A stretch of 64,000 bases of DNA from a virus: positions 107,626 through 171,625 of the IMG/VR virus record IMGVR_UViG_3300043427_001127. One strand, 5' to 3'. Positions within the stretch are counted from its first letter, which is position 1; each line of letters begins with the position of its first letter. The translations under genes and the position numbers were made by a program. The notes under the pieces were generated by a model. The model did not search any database. It was not told the DNA's origin and saw nothing but the letters and a program-made list of their open reading frames with translations. Below, piece after piece: positions 14,327 to 24,099 of this stretch.

Positions 14327-15409
14327 ATGACTGCAACTATCGCACAACGTCGCGGTGTTGGCAGTGGATGGGAAAGCTTCTGCGAGTGGGTTACCTCTAC
14401 CAACAATCGTCTTTATGTTGGGTGGTTCGGAACTCTTATGATTCCTACCCTTCTTGCAGCAACCATCTGCTTCATCATCGCATTCATCGCCGCTCCCCCC
14501 GTGGACATCGACGGCATCCGTGAACCTGTTGCTGGTTCGCTTATGTATGGAAACAACATCATCTCTGGTGCTGTCGTTCCTTCTAGCAACGCAATCGGTC
14601 TTCACTTCTATCCTATCTGGGAAGCCAACTCACTTGACGAATGGCTATATAATGGTGGACCTTTCCAACTGGTCGTCTTCCACTTTCTGATTGGTATCTA
14701 TGCCTACATGGGTCGTGAATGGGAACTATCTTACCGATTGGGTATGCGTCCTTGGATTTGTGTTGCCTACAGCGCACCCGTTGCTGCTGCTTCTGCAGTT
14801 TTCCTCGTCTATCCCTTTGGACAAGGTTCATTCTCTGACGCCATGCCGCTTGGCATTAGTGGAACATTTAACTACATGCTTGTTTTTCAGGCGGAGCATA
14901 ATATCCTCATGCACCCCTTCCATATGCTTGGGGTGGCTGGTGTATTTGGCGGTTCTCTTTTCTCTGCTATGCATGGATCTCTGGTCACTAGCTCACTCGT
15001 TCGTGAAACAACTGAAACCGAATCACAAAACTATGGATACAAGTTCGGACAAGAAGAAGAGACCTACAACATCGTCGCCGCTCACGGATACTTCGGACGC
15101 CTCATCTTCCAATACGCTTCCTTTAACAACTCTCGTAGCCTACACTTCTTTTTGGCTGCTTGGCCTGTCGTTGGTATTTGGTTTACTGCTCTCGGAGTTA
15201 GCACGATGGCATTCAACTTGAATGGTTTCAACTTTAACCAGTCCATTGTTGACAGTCAGAACCGTGTGATCCCTACCTGGGCAGACATCCTCAATCGTGG
15301 TGGTCTGGGCATGGAGGTGATGCACGAGCGCAACGCTCACAACTTCCCGCTTGACCTTGCTGCTGCTGAGATGACTCCTGTTGCTCTCACCGCACCTGCA
15401 ATCGGTTGA
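14327..15409 (+). CDS. psbA: Photosystem II D1 protein (360 aa)
   Basis: [45 protein letters not shown]; GGAG RBS before 14327. Confidence 0.99.
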   Translation: MTATIAQRRGVGSGWESFCEWVTSTNNRLYVGWFGTLMIPTLLAATICFIIAFIAAPPVDIDGIREPVAGSLMYGNNIISGAVVPSSNAIGLHFYPIWEANSLDEWLYNGGPFQLVVFHFLIGIYAYMGREWELSYRLGMRPWICVAYSAPVAAASAVFLVYPFGQGSFSDAMPLGISGTFNYMLVFQAEHNILMHPFHMLGVAGVFGGSLFSAMHGSLVTSSLVRETTETESQNYGYKFGQEEETYNIVAAHGYFGRLIFQYASFNNSRSLHFFLAAWPVVGIWFTALGVSTMAFNLNGFNFNQSIVDSQNRVIPTWADILNRGGLGMEVMHERNAHNFPLDLAAAEMTPVALTAPAIG

Positions 15410-15434
15410 TACTTCAGTTAAAATCTGATATACT

Positions 15435-15457
15435 AGGAGGGGCAACCCTCCTTTTTT
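15435..15457 (+). terminator. Rho-independent terminator after psbA
   Basis: AGGAGGG-GCAA-CCCTCCTTTTTT. Confidence 0.85.
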
Positions 15458-15495
15458 ATTGCCATAAATATTCAAACGATATTGGAGAAACATTG

Positions 15496-15846
15496 ATGGT
15501 AGATGAAGTGCTTGGTGTGCATCACATTGCTGAGTTATGCGAGTGCAATGCAGACCTTTTAAATGACTCAGCATTCATCAGCACTTCCCTTAGGCAAGCA
15601 GTAGAACATGCTAACGCAACACTGATTGAAGAAGTTAAATACGAGTTCACGCCACAGGGAATCACTGCTGTTTGCTTGCTATCAGAAAGTCATATCAGTA
15701 TTCATACATGGCCAGAGAAAAGATATGCTGCCGTAGATATCTTTACCTGTGGCGACCACACCATGCCAGATAAGGCTTGCGAATACATGGTGGAGGTGTT
15801 AGAATGTATGCAACCAAACATTAAAGTATATTTTAGAGGAATATAA
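15496..15846 (+). CDS. speD: S-adenosylmethionine decarboxylase proenzyme
   Basis: F.PQGITAVCLLSESHISIHTWPE..YAAVDIFTCG. Confidence 0.95.
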   Translation: MVDEVLGVHHIAELCECNADLLNDSAFISTSLRQAVEHANATLIEEVKYEFTPQGITAVCLLSESHISIHTWPEKRYAAVDIFTCGDHTMPDKACEYMVEVLECMQPNIKVYFRGI

Positions 15847-15847
15847 A

Positions 15848-16102
15848 ATGAACATCATAGCGTATACACTTCCAGGTTGTCCATCTTGTAGTCATTTAAG
15901 AGAACTTTTTAGGAGAGCAGAAGTAGAATATAAAGAAGTGACAGTTAAAAACGATATGACTATTTCTGAGTTTAACTCTTTACATCCAAATGTTTCTTCT
16001 TTTCCGTTTGTTGTTATAGACGGCGAACGTGTTGGTGGACTGGTTGAAGTAGTCAGAATGTTTGTTAAGAATGGATTAGTAAGTAGTTCAAAGAAGGCAT
16101 AA
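15848..16102 (+). CDS. Glutaredoxin (NrdC-like)
   Basis: CPSC, SFPFVVIDG..VGG. Confidence 0.88.
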   Translation: MNIIAYTLPGCPSCSHLRELFRRAEVEYKEVTVKNDMTISEFNSLHPNVSSFPFVVIDGERVGGLVEVVRMFVKNGLVSSSKKA

Positions 16103-16103
16103 C

Positions 16104-16487
16104 ATGGTTTTCCTTGAAGACATATATGATATTATTAATAATGCTATAGAACTGGCATTTTTTAATGAAAAATATCAGTTGGATTTTTATGCGTATTTAA
16201 AATCTCAAAATTTTAAGAGGGAAACTATAACAGAGTTTCTAGGATCTAACTTATGTAAAGCTCTTCAGGATCAAATACAAGAGATTGATATGTATTTAGA
16301 TGGAGGAGACTCTGCTGCTCTGCTCAAAGAAGCATATAGTTGGATGGGAAAATCTAGAGCAAGAAAAGTTAAAGATTATTTGAATACTATAGTTGAAGAT
16401 GCTAAAAAATATGAACAATCAAAAAGGAGAGGAAGAAAACCAGGAAGCAAAAACAAAAAGAAAGGCACAGCAACTACGAATAAATAA
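16104..16487 (+). CDS. Conserved cyanophage hypothetical protein
   Basis: 127 aa ORF with basic C-terminus. Confidence 0.75.
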   Translation: MVFLEDIYDIINNAIELAFFNEKYQLDFYAYLKSQNFKRETITEFLGSNLCKALQDQIQEIDMYLDGGDSAALLKEAYSWMGKSRARKVKDYLNTIVEDAKKYEQSKRRGRKPGSKNKKKGTATTNK

Positions 16488-16500
16488 GGGTATAGAATTC

Positions 16501-16635
16501 ATGTTGCGTAGGAGGGTTGATAAAGTCAAACCTAAACATGGATTAAAACTGAGTAAAACATTCAACCTCCTACGCAGAACATTTCATTTTAATATGGAGT
16601 TCTCTTGGGAGGTTGACAAACCAACAAGGGAGTAG
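16501..16635 (+). CDS. Small hypothetical protein
   Basis: MLRRRVDKVKPK...; AATAAATA upstream. Confidence 0.45.
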   Translation: MLRRRVDKVKPKHGLKLSKTFNLLRRTFHFNMEFSWEVDKPTRE

Positions 16636-16639
16636 TAAG

Positions 16640-16882
16640 ATGGAGTCAGCAACACCATACATCCTGTTCTTCAGCGGGATAGGTATCATCGGTTCATTCG
16701 CTATTGGGTTCATCGCTGGGTGGTTCGGAAACGATATCATCTATGCATTTCTAAACAAGAACAGGATTGCTCCCATGCATCCTGAAATGTTTGATGAAAA
16801 CGGTCAACTGATTCCTGATGAAATCGTAGCGGTTCGCTTTGAAAATTCTGAAGATTTTGAGGAGTACGACGACGAGGATTAA
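16640..16882 (+). CDS. Hypothetical single-TM protein
   Basis: TM helix then HPEMFDENG motif, acidic tail. Confidence 0.7.
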   Translation: MESATPYILFFSGIGIIGSFAIGFIAGWFGNDIIYAFLNKNRIAPMHPEMFDENGQLIPDEIVAVRFENSEDFEEYDDED

Positions 16883-17773
16883 ATGATTCTTATTGATATG
16901 AATCAGATTATGATTAGTAATCTGATGATGCAACTGAAGGGCGATGCTTTAAATGAAAATCTTGTTCGTCATATGGTGCTTACTGCCCTTCGCGCATTTG
17001 AAAGACAATACTCTCCTAAGTATGGTGAGATTGTTCTAGCTTATGACAGTAAGCACTACTGGCGGAAAGAAGCATTTCCCTATTACAAACAGAATAGAAA
17101 GAAAGACCGAGAAGCATCTGACTTAGATTGGAATGCTATCTTTGAAGTCTTGAATAAAATACGCGATGAGATCAAAACGTTCTTTCCTTATAAGGTAGTA
17201 GAAGTATATGGTGCTGAGGCTGATGATGTTATTAGCACTCTTACTACCTATCAATCTTATCGCAATATTAAACTGCAGAAAGAAGGTAAAGATGCTGAGG
17301 AAGTATTGATTCTCTCGGGAGATAAAGACTTCATTCAGTTACAGAAGTATCCATTTGTGAAGCAATACAATCCGATTCTTAAGAAAGAGATTAAACATGC
17401 AGACCCTAAAGCATACGCCAGAGAGCATATCATTAAGGGAGATAAGTCAGATGGCATACCTAACTTCTTATCTGATGCTGATACATTTGTGGTAGGCAAG
17501 AGACAGAAACCTATAAGTAAGAAAAACTTAGAAAAGTGGGTCAATCTAGATCCATCTGTATTCTGTTTAGATCAACAAGCCAGAGAAAACTATGAACGTA
17601 ATCGAAAACTGATCGATCTTTCTTGTATACCTGAACATCTTGCCACTGAGATTGTATCTTATTACAAATCACTAAATAGCAACGAAAGGAAAGTTCCATT
17701 AGAATACTTTCAGCAACATCAACTTACGAAGTTGATGGAAGATTTTGTATTTCGTAACACACAACCATTTTGA
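16883..17773 (+). CDS. rnh: T4-type RNase H / 5'-3' exonuclease
   Basis: LIDMNQ, YK.NR, EADD, SGDKDF.QL, GDKSDGIPN. Confidence 0.95.
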   Translation: MILIDMNQIMISNLMMQLKGDALNENLVRHMVLTALRAFERQYSPKYGEIVLAYDSKHYWRKEAFPYYKQNRKKDREASDLDWNAIFEVLNKIRDEIKTFFPYKVVEVYGAEADDVISTLTTYQSYRNIKLQKEGKDAEEVLILSGDKDFIQLQKYPFVKQYNPILKKEIKHADPKAYAREHIIKGDKSDGIPNFLSDADTFVVGKRQKPISKKNLEKWVNLDPSVFCLDQQARENYERNRKLIDLSCIPEHLATEIVSYYKSLNSNERKVPLEYFQQHQLTKLMEDFVFRNTQPF

Positions 17774-17779
17774 ACTGAC

Positions 17780-18229
17780 ATGGCAACTAAAACATACCGC
17801 CCTCTAATCTCAGAGGTGCTTCGTAAAGCTAACAACGCAAAGACTAAAGAAGAAAAGAAAAAGATTCTGCTTGAGAACAACACTCAGGTTCTTCGTTCAC
17901 TGTTTATCTGGAACTTCGATGAGACTGTAGTTTCTATGCTGCCAGAAGGAGAAGTTCCTTATACTCCAAATCCAGCACCAGAAGGTACGGATCATCTTCT
18001 TTTGGAGAATGAGGGAAAGAAAATGTTTCACTTCGTAAAAGGTGGATCTGGTATTACTCAGAGTAAGCGTGAGCAAATCTTTTTGGGGATGATTGAAAAT
18101 CTACATCCAGATGAAGCAGAAGTTCTTTGCTTGGTGAAAGATAAAAAACTACAGAAAAAATATACTCGTATTTCAAAAGCACTCATCGAAGAAACATTTC
18201 CTCAGATTCAATGGGGAGGTCGTAGCTGA
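17780..18229 (+). CDS. Conserved T4-like hypothetical protein
   Basis: LPEGEVPY...KREQIF..MIE.LHP.EAE. Confidence 0.8.
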   Translation: MATKTYRPLISEVLRKANNAKTKEEKKKILLENNTQVLRSLFIWNFDETVVSMLPEGEVPYTPNPAPEGTDHLLLENEGKKMFHFVKGGSGITQSKREQIFLGMIENLHPDEAEVLCLVKDKKLQKKYTRISKALIEETFPQIQWGGRS

Positions 18230-18480
18230 TGAAGATTCTCCATCAAAACTGTGACCCCGAACTGGCAAACGATAGAGGTCTGCCATACACTGCTTACTTA
18301 GTTACCTATGAGATTGATGGAGCACTTGCTTACGATATAGTTATCCCAGATAAACAAATGGAAATCTTTGATTATTATTGGGATAGATATAGAGAAGGTC
18401 TAAAAGGTTGGAAACAATCTGAAGGAAGAGTAAACCCCAAACTTTGGGGAAATAAACCACCAAAAGAAAAGAGGAAATAG
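18229..18480 (+). CDS. Hypothetical protein
   Basis: 83 aa, GRVNPKLW motif. Confidence 0.7.
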   Translation: MKILHQNCDPELANDRGLPYTAYLVTYEIDGALAYDIVIPDKQMEIFDYYWDRYREGLKGWKQSEGRVNPKLWGNKPPKEKRK

Positions 18481-18483
18481 TAA

Positions 18484-18879
18484 ATGACTTTACAAGTTAC
18501 TAATGGAGCTAAAAGTTTAGCACTTGCTTACTTGGTAGCAAATGATACTACGGTTGAAAATTTAAAACTTCGACTGTACAATAATGATTATACCCCCGAC
18601 CAGGAAAGTATATCTTCAGATTTTATTCAAGTAACTTCTGGAAACGGATATGAAGAAAAAAGTTTAGTGGGATCTTCATGGTTAGTTAATGGAACTACCG
18701 CGTCATATCCTGTGCAAACGTGGGATTTTACTGGATCAGTTGGTAATATCTATGGGTATTATGTTATAACTGCAACAAATAATACTGTTCTATTCGCAGA
18801 AAGATTTCCAAGTGCTCCCTATAATGTTGCTAATAATGGGGATAAGATTTCTGTAACATTAAACCTGACATCAAACTGA
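18484..18879 (+). CDS. Hypothetical, possibly virion-associated beta-rich protein
   Basis: LRLYNNDYTP...IYGYYV...FAERF. Confidence 0.65.
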   Translation: MTLQVTNGAKSLALAYLVANDTTVENLKLRLYNNDYTPDQESISSDFIQVTSGNGYEEKSLVGSSWLVNGTTASYPVQTWDFTGSVGNIYGYYVITATNNTVLFAERFPSAPYNVANNGDKISVTLNLTSN

Positions 18880-18880
18880 T

Positions 18881-19525
18881 ATGACAATTCATTCGCAAGT
18901 TAAACTCATTTCCGTAACGCCAGATGCAGAAAAGACAATGGCATATGTTGCTAGAGTGTCTAACCCTAGTAACCAAGATAACGAGAACTATGCGGGGTTA
19001 CTTCGTTATTGCATTAAGCATAATCATTGGTCTGTGTTTGAACAATCTCATATGACACTTGAGATTGAAACGAATCGTGGTATCGCAGCTCAGATCCTGC
19101 GCCACCGTTCGTTTACATTTCAGGAATTTTCACAACGCTATGCTGATACCAATCTAATCACAGAACATATTCCTATTCCTGATCTTCGCAGGCAGGATAC
19201 TAAGAATCGTCAGAACTCTACTGATGATCTCGGTGAGTATGTCAAACTCAAGTTCCAGTCCGAGATTGCTGAGCACTTTGCCGCTGCCAACAACCTCTAC
19301 AAGCGCCTCCTAGACGCGGGAGTTGCCAAGGAGTGTGCCCGCTTCGTGCTGCCCCTGGCAACGCCCACAAGGATCTACATGACAGGCTCGTGCAGGTCAT
19401 GGTTGCATTACATTGACCTTCGCTCTGCCCACGGCACCCAGAAGGAACACATGGTCATCGCTGAGCAGTGTAGAGAAATCTTTAAGGAGCAGTTTCCAGC
19501 GGTTGCGGAAGCAATGGAATGGTGA
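18881..19525 (+). CDS. thyX: FAD-dependent thymidylate synthase
   Basis: RHRSFTFQEFSQRY signature, KECARFVLP. Confidence 0.97.
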   Translation: MTIHSQVKLISVTPDAEKTMAYVARVSNPSNQDNENYAGLLRYCIKHNHWSVFEQSHMTLEIETNRGIAAQILRHRSFTFQEFSQRYADTNLITEHIPIPDLRRQDTKNRQNSTDDLGEYVKLKFQSEIAEHFAAANNLYKRLLDAGVAKECARFVLPLATPTRIYMTGSCRSWLHYIDLRSAHGTQKEHMVIAEQCREIFKEQFPAVAEAMEW

Positions 19526-19552
19526 TATAATAGGGTCAACCACGTAGACCCA

Positions 19553-20116
19553 ATGAATATTTTCTATCTCAGCTACGATCCCCGAACGTGTGCCGCCGAG
19601 CATTGCGATAAGCATGTGGTTAAAATGATTGTTGAGTACGCTCAGCTTCTCTCCACTGCTCATCGTGTGCTTGACGGCATTCCTTATACTGCCAAGACTG
19701 CTAACAATCGTAATATCAAACGCTGGCGACTTGACAAACCACGCGAAGATATTCTTTATAAAGCATCGCATATCAATCACCCGTCTGCTGTGTGGGCAAG
19801 ACAGTCACGGTCACACTACCGTTGGTTGTTTGATTTGTTTCAACACTGTTGTGTAGAATATACACGACGCTATGGTAAGTATCACAGCACAGAAAGTTTG
19901 GTTAGTTACCTTTGGGTTGCTCCTTTTAATATTAAAGATGCTGGGTGGACAGATCCTCCTCCCGCAATGCCTGATAAATACAAGGTAACTGGAGATTCAA
20001 TCCAGTCATACCGCAACTATTACGTCGGAGACAAAGTTGCTTTTGCTACTTGGAAGTCTCCATCTACACCCCCATTATGGTTTATTGAAGATGCCAACTT
20101 ACAAGTTCAAGGATAA
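19553..20116 (+). CDS. Pyrimidine-dimer DNA glycosylase family protein
   Basis: MNIFYL..DP..CA..HCDKHVVKM..E.AQLLSTAHR, H.NHP. Confidence 0.85.
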   Translation: MNIFYLSYDPRTCAAEHCDKHVVKMIVEYAQLLSTAHRVLDGIPYTAKTANNRNIKRWRLDKPREDILYKASHINHPSAVWARQSRSHYRWLFDLFQHCCVEYTRRYGKYHSTESLVSYLWVAPFNIKDAGWTDPPPAMPDKYKVTGDSIQSYRNYYVGDKVAFATWKSPSTPPLWFIEDANLQVQG

Positions 20117-20321
20117 TAATACTGGTGAAGAGTTTGAGAAATGGATGTATATGGCAGAGAGAGAACCATATCTTGAAGCCAATCCTCATATCACTCAGAT
20201 GCCTACTATTCTCCATGCTGTTTCCGAGGTAGGAAACTGGCAGAACAAAACTGATAGCGATTGGAAACACGTTATCAATCGTGCCGCAGATACACCTGGA
20301 TCTAACATTAATCGTCTCTAA
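20091..20321 (+). CDS. FmdB-like small protein (lacks Cys)
   Basis: MPTYKFKDNNTGEEFE N-terminus, upstream of phoH. Confidence 0.7.
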   Translation: MPTYKFKDNNTGEEFEKWMYMAEREPYLEANPHITQMPTILHAVSEVGNWQNKTDSDWKHVINRAADTPGSNINRL

Positions 20322-20322
20322 T

Positions 20323-21081
20323 ATGCCTGTAAGAACTCGTAAAACAAAGCAAGCTGTTCCATCGGGAATGAGCGTCAAGCAAATGAAGCGCAAGAAGCCA
20401 TTAAACATGGAGTATTTCGCTAAGGATATCGAACCTCTTACCGATTCACAACGTAAGATGTTTGAGGAGTGGGGAAATGATAAGCATCTATTTGCTTATG
20501 GTGCCGCAGGAACTGGTAAAACATTCGTTGCACTTTACCTCGCTCTTAAAGATGTTCTCAATGAGAATACTCCATACGAAAAAGTTTATATTGTTCGCTC
20601 ACTCGTAGCAACCCGTGAGATTGGTTTCCTTCCTGGTGACCATGAAGATAAGTCATCGCTCTACCAGATTCCTTATAAGAATATGGTGAAGTATATGTTT
20701 GAACTTCCTACTGATGAAGAGTTTGAACTACTCTATGGCAATCTAAAGAACCAGGGAACCATTAGCTTCTGGTCCACTTCATTCCTTCGTGGAACTACAA
20801 TGGACAACTGCATCATCATCGTAGATGAAATGCAGAACTTGAACTTTCATGAACTCGATTCTATCATCACTCGTGTGGGTCAAGATTGTAAGATTATTTT
20901 CTCTGGTGACGTTCAGCAAACTGACCTCGTTCGTACCAACGAACGTAACGGTATCCTTGACTTCCAGAAGATCATTGGTACAATGGAAGAGTTTTCTTCT
21001 GTTGAGTTTGGCGTTCAGGATATCGTTCGTTCTGGTCTTGTTCGTTCTTATTTGATTAGTAAAATTAATTTGGGATTCTAA
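20323..21081 (+). CDS. phoH: PhoH-like ATPase
   Basis: GAAGTGKT, IGFLPG, FLRG.T, DEMQN, GD..Q.DL. Confidence 0.96.
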   Translation: MPVRTRKTKQAVPSGMSVKQMKRKKPLNMEYFAKDIEPLTDSQRKMFEEWGNDKHLFAYGAAGTGKTFVALYLALKDVLNENTPYEKVYIVRSLVATREIGFLPGDHEDKSSLYQIPYKNMVKYMFELPTDEEFELLYGNLKNQGTISFWSTSFLRGTTMDNCIIIVDEMQNLNFHELDSIITRVGQDCKIIFSGDVQQTDLVRTNERNGILDFQKIIGTMEEFSSVEFGVQDIVRSGLVRSYLISKINLGF

Positions 21082-21756
21082 ATGTTTATTCATTCTTCGT
21101 TATTCACTCCTATTGAACTGGAACCTATCATGGTAGATGGTCGTAGGCTCTATCCAACACCTTCGGGTGGCAAGTATCCTTCAATCACCACAGTTCTAGG
21201 TGTGTGCCCGAAGAAGAAAAAGAAACTCAATGAGTGGAAGCAGCGTGTCGGTCATGATAAGGCACAAGCAATCTCAACTCGTGCTGCCACACGCGGCACA
21301 AACTTTCACAAGATGGTTGAAGATTTGCTCAATAACTGCTATAATGAGAACAACTTCAAAGGGCAACCCCTCCCCCTTATGATGTTTAAAAATGCTGTTC
21401 CAACTCTTAATAGAATCACTCAGGTCTATTTACAAGAAGCAGCATTATATTCTGACCACCTGGAAGTAGCTGGGCGAGTTGATTGTATCGGTGAGTTTGA
21501 TGGTATTCCATCCATCATTGACTTCAAAACCTCAAAGGAAGAGAAGAAAGAAGAATGGATGGAAGACTATTACATTCAAGAGACTGCTTATGGGTGTATG
21601 TTTTATGAACTATATAATACACGCATTAAACAACTTGTTACTATCGTTGCCTGTGAGGATGGCAACACTCAAGTTGTGATTAAGCAACCTAAAAAAGAAT
21701 ATCTCGACAGATTAATCGAACTACGCTCTCTCTACCAGGAAATCTATGGAGGATAA
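21082..21756 (+). CDS. PD-(D/E)XK exonuclease
   Basis: YPSITTVL, AGRVDCI, IIDFKTS, Q..AY. Confidence 0.88.
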   Translation: MFIHSSLFTPIELEPIMVDGRRLYPTPSGGKYPSITTVLGVCPKKKKKLNEWKQRVGHDKAQAISTRAATRGTNFHKMVEDLLNNCYNENNFKGQPLPLMMFKNAVPTLNRITQVYLQEAALYSDHLEVAGRVDCIGEFDGIPSIIDFKTSKEEKKEEWMEDYYIQETAYGCMFYELYNTRIKQLVTIVACEDGNTQVVIKQPKKEYLDRLIELRSLYQEIYGG

Positions 21757-22000
21757 AGATAAAATATTTGAGGATAGATTTATGACCGTTGCGAAGTTTT
21801 CTGCAGAAGTAGAAACTCTTGTAAATAATGATGACATGAGTTACATTGATGCTATTATTCATTACTGTGACAGTAATGAGATTGAACTGGAAACAGTTCC
21901 CAAGTTAATATCAAAACCATTAAAAGAAAAACTAAAACATGAAGCTCAGCAACTGAACTTCATCAAAAAAACATCCCGTGCAAAACTAATGTTAGTATGA
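21746..22000 (+). CDS. gp33: Late transcription co-activator gp33
   Basis: SYIDAI.HYC...KLISKPLKEKLK.EA..LNF. Confidence 0.88.
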   Translation: MEDKDKIFEDRFMTVAKFSAEVETLVNNDDMSYIDAIIHYCDSNEIELETVPKLISKPLKEKLKHEAQQLNFIKKTSRAKLMLV

Positions 22001-22341
22001 GCGACTTCTTTGATTCTGATATCGTCCGTAATGAGGCGAAAGAAATGGAGTTCCTGCAAATGAAAGCAATGGAACTTACTCTTGCTGCTCCCATGAAGGG
22101 TAGCAAAGAGGATCAACTAGAATACATCAAAACTGTACGAGAACTGGTTGAAAAACAACAAGTGTTTTACATGCGTTTGAAACTTTCAGATGATCCTCGT
22201 GCAGTAGAAATGTGTGAGCAGATTGAAGAAGGTGCTAAGATGTTGTATGGGTGGTGGGAAACTGAAAACGTTCAGACTCTCATGCGTAACATGCTAGACA
22301 AGCTCGATGAGTTTGAGCAGGAGATCGAGGCAGAGGGTTGA
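21997..22341 (+). CDS. Conserved cyanophage protein (DUF1825-like)
   Basis: FFDSDIVR...RLKLSDDP.A. Confidence 0.7.
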   Translation: MSDFFDSDIVRNEAKEMEFLQMKAMELTLAAPMKGSKEDQLEYIKTVRELVEKQQVFYMRLKLSDDPRAVEMCEQIEEGAKMLYGWWETENVQTLMRNMLDKLDEFEQEIEAEG

Positions 22342-22366
22342 CGCCGCCCCCTGCCCGTGGTATGAT
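22338..22366 (+). promoter_or_regulatory. Early promoter of gp32
   Basis: TTGACG-N17-TATGAT with TGG extension. Confidence 0.75.
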
Positions 22367-22421
22367 GACTGGGTGATGAGGCGTCACACAAACCAAATCC
22401 AAAACAATCCGAGGTAATCCT

Positions 22422-23342
22422 ATGTCTTTCGCTGATCTTAAGCGTAAATCTCAAAACTCCTTTGCTTCTCTGACTAAGGAACTTGAGAAAGCAAACTCTA
22501 CTTCCACTGGCGATGATCGCTTCTGGAAACCTAGCGTTGACGCCGCTGGTAACGGGTTCGCTGTTATTCGTTTCCTCCCTGCACCTGATGGTGAGGAAAT
22601 CCCTTTTGTGAAACTCTATTCCCACGCCTTCCAAGGTGATGGTGGTTGGTATATCGAGAACTCTCTCACCACCCTAGGTCAGAAAGATCCTGTGGGTGAA
22701 GTGAATCGCCGCCTGTGGAATAGTGGTCGTGATGCTGATAAAGAAACTGCCCGTAAGCAGAAGCGCAAGCTAACTTACTACGCCAACATCTATGTGGTGA
22801 GCGACAAAGCAAACCCCGAGAATGAAGGCAAAGTGTTCCTGTATAAGTTCGGTAAGAAAATCTTTGACAAGATTACTGCCGCTATGCAACCTGAGTTTGA
22901 AGATGAAACTCCCGTGAATCCTTTCGATCTGTGGGAAGGTGCCAACTTCAAACTGAAAATCACCAACGTTGCTGGTTACTGGAACTACGACAAGTCTGAG
23001 TTCGCTGCTCCCTCTGCTCTCGCCGCCGATGATTCCAAACTGGAAAATATCTGGCGTCAGGCACACTCTCTCCAAGCATTCGTGTCTCCTGATAACTTCA
23101 AGAGCTATGAAGAACTGGAAGAGCGTCTGAATCTGGTGCTGGGTATCACTCAGACCCCTGCCTCTGCTCGTGCTGCTCAAGCAACCCGTGTGATGGATGA
23201 GGAAGAGGATGAAGAGTTCTCTGCTCCCGCTCCCGTTGCTCGCCGTGAACCTGCCCTGCCTAAGGTTGCAGTCGCTGCTGGTGTAGATGAGGATGAGGAT
23301 GATGCTCTCAGTTACTTCGCTCGCCTCGCTGAGGAAGACTGA
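22422..23342 (+). CDS. gp32: Single-stranded DNA-binding protein gp32
   Basis: GNGFAVIRFLPAP, WYIENSLTT, KFGKKIFDKI, NYDKSEF, acidic tail. Confidence 0.97.
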   Translation: MSFADLKRKSQNSFASLTKELEKANSTSTGDDRFWKPSVDAAGNGFAVIRFLPAPDGEEIPFVKLYSHAFQGDGGWYIENSLTTLGQKDPVGEVNRRLWNSGRDADKETARKQKRKLTYYANIYVVSDKANPENEGKVFLYKFGKKIFDKITAAMQPEFEDETPVNPFDLWEGANFKLKITNVAGYWNYDKSEFAAPSALAADDSKLENIWRQAHSLQAFVSPDNFKSYEELEERLNLVLGITQTPASARAAQATRVMDEEEDEEFSAPAPVARREPALPKVAVAAGVDEDEDDALSYFARLAEED

Positions 23343-23412
23343 AATCAAAATCCATAGTTAAAAACCTTTTGGGCGGAAAAAAAATCCGCCCATTTTTTTG
23401 TGTAAAAAAGTT
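23341..23412. repeat. Phased A/T-tract element, copy 1 (includes terminator hairpin 23369-23399)
   Basis: 46/72 ungapped identity to 30361-30432; TGGGCGGA/TCCGCCCA stem. Confidence 0.65.
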
Positions 23413-24098
23413 TAGACTCCAGATTTCTTGGTGAATCTGTCTATGTATGATGTTGACTTAGAGTACTCTAGTTTCTCATCATATTGATCAATAAAATCTT
23501 GAACAAACTCTGGGCGAAGAAGATAGATATTTCTCTTTGCGTCGTTCAAAGTTTTTTCGTGCTCGTAGTTAGTTACGATTCTACAGACTTGATTGCCGAC
23601 TTTACTAGTCACTGTACCATTATCATTGTAGTAGAATGGTGTGGTATAAAAAGATCTCTCTACCTTTAATCCTTCTTTTAAAACTACAACTCCAGAAGAG
23701 TTTTTGATTTCGTATGTTTCATAGTGGTGTGTTCTGTCAGCTGGTAAAGTATTTTCTTCTCCAGATTCAAATGGAGCATAACGATATGCTGCATCCACCA
23801 TATCATACAGATCAACTTCTTTTACTGGCCAATCAAAATAACTATTGATTATATTGTTGGTTATTAAAATAACCCAATCTAAATCTGATTTGTCATATGT
23901 TTTATACGCGAGAAAGTCAACGCGATCTTCATCAGTTAAAACATATTCATTAAAAAAGTTAGAAAAGTTATACGACGAGTCTGTTAACTTGTGTCTTCTG
24001 AAAAAGTTTTTTGCTAAGACATATTCTCTTTCCGAGTATGGAAAGATCAGTGGTTTTTTGTCGTACTCTATATTTGGTATGCGATTAAAGTATGGCAT
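23412..24098 (-). CDS. gp53: Baseplate wedge protein gp53
   Basis: YF..IPNI.Y, R.D.LA...Y....LDWVILITNNI...WP. Confidence 0.88.
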   Translation of the reverse strand: MPYFNRIPNIEYDKKPLIFPYSEREYVLAKNFFRRHKLTDSSYNFSNFFNEYVLTDEDRVDFLAYKTYDKSDLDWVILITNNIINSYFDWPVKEVDLYDMVDAAYRYAPFESGEENTLPADRTHHYETYEIKNSSGVVVLKEGLKVERSFYTTPFYYNDNGTVTSKVGNQVCRIVTNYEHEKTLNDAKRNIYLLRPEFVQDFIDQYDEKLEYSKSTSYIDRFTKKSGV

Positions 24099-24099
24099 T

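Noticed and set aside
14327-15409. Intron or homing endonuclease in psbA
   Set aside because: Reading frame is uninterrupted and no endonuclease gene follows.
21082-21756. Cas4-like nuclease suggesting a CRISPR system
   Set aside because: Core cyanomyovirus exonuclease next to phoH; no repeat-spacer array or other cas genes seen in the window.
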